Positions 30,058 to 32,000 of a stretch of 32,000 nucleotides of DNA are shown piece after piece. Positions within the stretch are counted from its first letter, which is position 1, and each line of letters begins with the position of its first letter. Source of the stretch: Nitrosococcus oceani ATCC 19707 (lineage in GTDB: Bacteria > Pseudomonadota > Gammaproteobacteria > Nitrosococcales > Nitrosococcaceae); the NCBI RefSeq assembly GCF_000012805.1, contig NC_007484.1:1-32000 (forward strand), written 5' to 3'. A model generated the notes under the pieces. That model made no database searches and was not told the origin of the DNA. It saw nothing but the letters and a program-made list of their open reading frames with translations. A program made the translations under genes and the position numbers.

Positions 30058-30468
30058 GTATCGCTCCTGCGAGAAAGCGCTTAATCCAGACAGATAGAGG
30101 ATATATTTCGGGAGCTAAATTTATAGCGCCCTCTAGTTTTGAGAATAGCTATTTTGTTTGCTAAAGTTGTATCTAGCATGATGTGTGATGGTCGTTCTAG
30201 TAGTCATTTGACCGTTTAAATCAAGATGGTTTCATTAGTCGAGAACGTAATTAATGATTGGGCAATATTCCCTTGGATCTGGGAGTGAACTTCAAGGTAG
30301 ATATGTGCCTACCAGCAGCCGTTGCTGCTGCCAGCTCAGGCTATTTTTCTCTAGTATCGTCCTAATCTCCGATTCTCTTAAAAAGCAGCTGGTTATATTC
30401 TATAGTAGAGTTATGGCTGCTGCCCACTATATAATAGCTCCTCTGGCTATGAGCAATGTCCGAGAATT

Positions 30469-32000
30469 CTATGGAGATGATAATTCTATCAGACGATGTT
30501 CGCTCATCTCGGGCGGTGGCTTAATATTCATCAGATAAAGCATGGTTGGGGTCACATCCGCAAGGCTACCATTTGCGCTGGCGATAGCAGCTCGCTCGCT
30601 GACAAAGATAAAGGGAACCGCATTATGGGTATGGGCCGTGTGAGGTTGCTGATACTGCGCATTGTACATTTTTTCAGCATTACCATGATCAGCGGTAATG
30701 ATCAACTCACCACCTGCAGACTGAAGAGCGGCCCATACCCGTCCTAGGCATTGATCAATAGTCTCAATCGCTTTGACCGTAGCGTTAAAATCCCCCGTGT
30801 GTCCAACCATATCTGGATTGGCATAATTACAGATAATAACATCATACTTGTCGCTTTCGATTGCTTTTACAATATTATCTGTGACTTCCACCGCACTCAT
30901 TTCTGGTTTTTGATCATATGTGTCAACTTGAGGCGAAGGAATAAGAATTCTATCTTCCCCCTCAAACGGCTGTTCCCTTCCTCCGTTGAAGAAAAAGGTA
31001 ACATGAGCATATTTTTCGGTCTCTGCAATTCGTAATTGATGCAGCCCCAATTTAGCGAGTACCTGGCCAAAGGTATTTTGGGGTTTCTCACTTGGGAATG
31101 CCACTGGAATATCAAATTCCTTGCTATATTCCGTGAGGCTTACAAACTGGGCTAATTTTGGCCAGTAGAGACGTTCAAAGCCGGTAAAATCAGGCTCAAT
31201 AAAGGCGCGCGTGATCTGCCGGGCACGGTCGGAGCGGAAATTCATAAATATGATGACATCTCCATCCTTTACTTGTACCGGTGCTTTACCGGAAGGCACT
31301 ATTCGAGTGGCCTGCACAAATTCATCGGTCTCGCCCCGTTCATAGGCCATGGCTAAAGCCTGTTTAGCACTTTCGGCCTCATACTCCGCCTGACCAGTAG
31401 CAATAAGATTATAGGCGGCCTGAATACGGGGCCAGCGATGATCCCGATCCATTCCATAATAACGGCCGATTAGGGAGGCAAAACGACCCTTGCCAAGCTC
31501 GGTAAATTTGGCCTGCATGGCTAGAATAGAGGCTTGGGCGCTCTTGGGAGCAGTGTCCCGGCCATCGAGAAAAGCATGTAAGTAAACTTCCTGGCAGCGA
31601 CGCTTTATTGCCAATTCTACCATGGCGTGAATATGGTCTTCGTGACAGTGAATTCCGCTAGGAGAGAGTAAACCCAAAATATGGATAGCTTTATCTGATT
31701 TAACAGCTCTATCAACAGCCTCGGTGAGCGTGTGGTTAGTAAAAAAAGAGCCCGTACGGAGTGCGCGATTGACTCGGGTATATTCTTGGTAGATGACACG
31801 CCCCGAACCTAAATTAAGATGGCCCACTTCAGAGTTACCCATTTGCTCATTGGGTAAGCCCACTTCAGCGCCAGAGGCGCGGATTATAGTATGGGGATAC
31901 CGATCCCATAGGGTATCCCAGATAGGTGTGTGGGCAGCGTGGATAGCATTAGAAGCCGTTTCTTCGCTATAACCCCATCCATCTAAGATGAGCAAGGCCA
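30469..32000 (-). CDS. gpmI: 2,3-bisphosphoglycerate-independent phosphoglycerate mutase (partial; the N-terminus lies beyond the window end)
   Basis: The frame is open to the window edge (...ALLILDGWGYSEE). Catalytic Ser motif NEQMGNSEVGHLNLGSGR and C-terminal metal site ITADHGNAE. Only a few N-terminal codons appear to be missing. Confidence 0.95.
   Translation of the reverse strand, partial: ALLILDGWGYSEETASNAIHAAHTPIWDTLWDRYPHTIIRASGAEVGLPNEQMGNSEVGHLNLGSGRVIYQEYTRVNRALRTGSFFTNHTLTEAVDRAVKSDKAIHILGLLSPSGIHCHEDHIHAMVELAIKRRCQEVYLHAFLDGRDTAPKSAQASILAMQAKFTELGKGRFASLIGRYYGMDRDHRWPRIQAAYNLIATGQAEYEAESAKQALAMAYERGETDEFVQATRIVPSGKAPVQVKDGDVIIFMNFRSDRARQITRAFIEPDFTGFERLYWPKLAQFVSLTEYSKEFDIPVAFPSEKPQNTFGQVLAKLGLHQLRIAETEKYAHVTFFFNGGREQPFEGEDRILIPSPQVDTYDQKPEMSAVEVTDNIVKAIESDKYDVIICNYANPDMVGHTGDFNATVKAIETIDQCLGRVWAALQSAGGELIITADHGNAEKMYNAQYQQPHTAHTHNAVPFIFVSERAAIASANGSLADVTPTMLYLMNIKPPPEMSEHRLIELSSP

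Noticed and set aside
30313-30330. The hairpin CAGCAGC-CGTT-GCTGCTG as the gpmI terminator
   Set aside because: It lies about 140 nt past the gpmI stop and has no adjacent U-tract in the minus-strand sense. On the plus strand, TTTTT follows only after a 14-nt gap. It is noted but not called a terminator.
30254-30538. A 94-aa plus-strand ORF between ctpA and gpmI
   Set aside because: It overlaps the gpmI 3' end in antisense and has no Shine-Dalgarno sequence or recognisable motif.

Overview
The window looks like the chromosomal replication-origin neighbourhood of a gammaproteobacterium. This taxon call is an inference from gene content and synteny and cannot be verified here.

Plus strand: dnaA (166-1524), dnaN (2396-3499), a 7.7 kb insertion-sequence block, recF (11319-12410), gyrB (12438-14861) and the methanofuran-biosynthesis gene mfnB (14920-15621).

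Between the two blocks: an ORF-free 0.7 kb stretch and a dead IS1-family element.

Minus strand, from 17.1 kb to the window end: fbp, the formyltransferase/hydrolase operon fhcB-fhcA-fhcD-fhcC (tetrahydromethanopterin/methanofuran C1 pathway), a SPOR-domain gene, argS, priA, a DJ-1/PfpI gene, a C-terminal processing protease and gpmI (runs off the window end).

Most notable observations:
1. Two mirror-image, 11-nt phased arrays of DnaA boxes start 1 nt after the dnaA stop and are followed by an AT-rich tract. This is a candidate oriC in the dnaA-dnaN spacer.
2. The normally tight dnaN-recF junction is split by nine nested or truncated IS copies (IS5, IS630 and IS3 families). All have dead transposase genes, and the nesting gives a relative insertion chronology.
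3. An ORF-free 0.7 kb region is enriched in a GATAAGC motif and short palindromes. It lies at the point where gene orientation flips, next to the dead IS1 element.
4. fhcD has its conserved N-terminus encoded upstream of the first ATG, with only CTG/ATT start candidates overlapping the fhcA stop.
5. A 16-codon upstream ORF with a strong Shine-Dalgarno sequence precedes fhcB, which has none.

I found no CRISPR array, no tRNA or rRNA gene, and no coherent novel multi-gene system. Every ORF of 60 aa or more in the accessory stretch is explained by transposase frames or their antisense shadows. All homology statements come from recognising motifs by eye, not from database searches.
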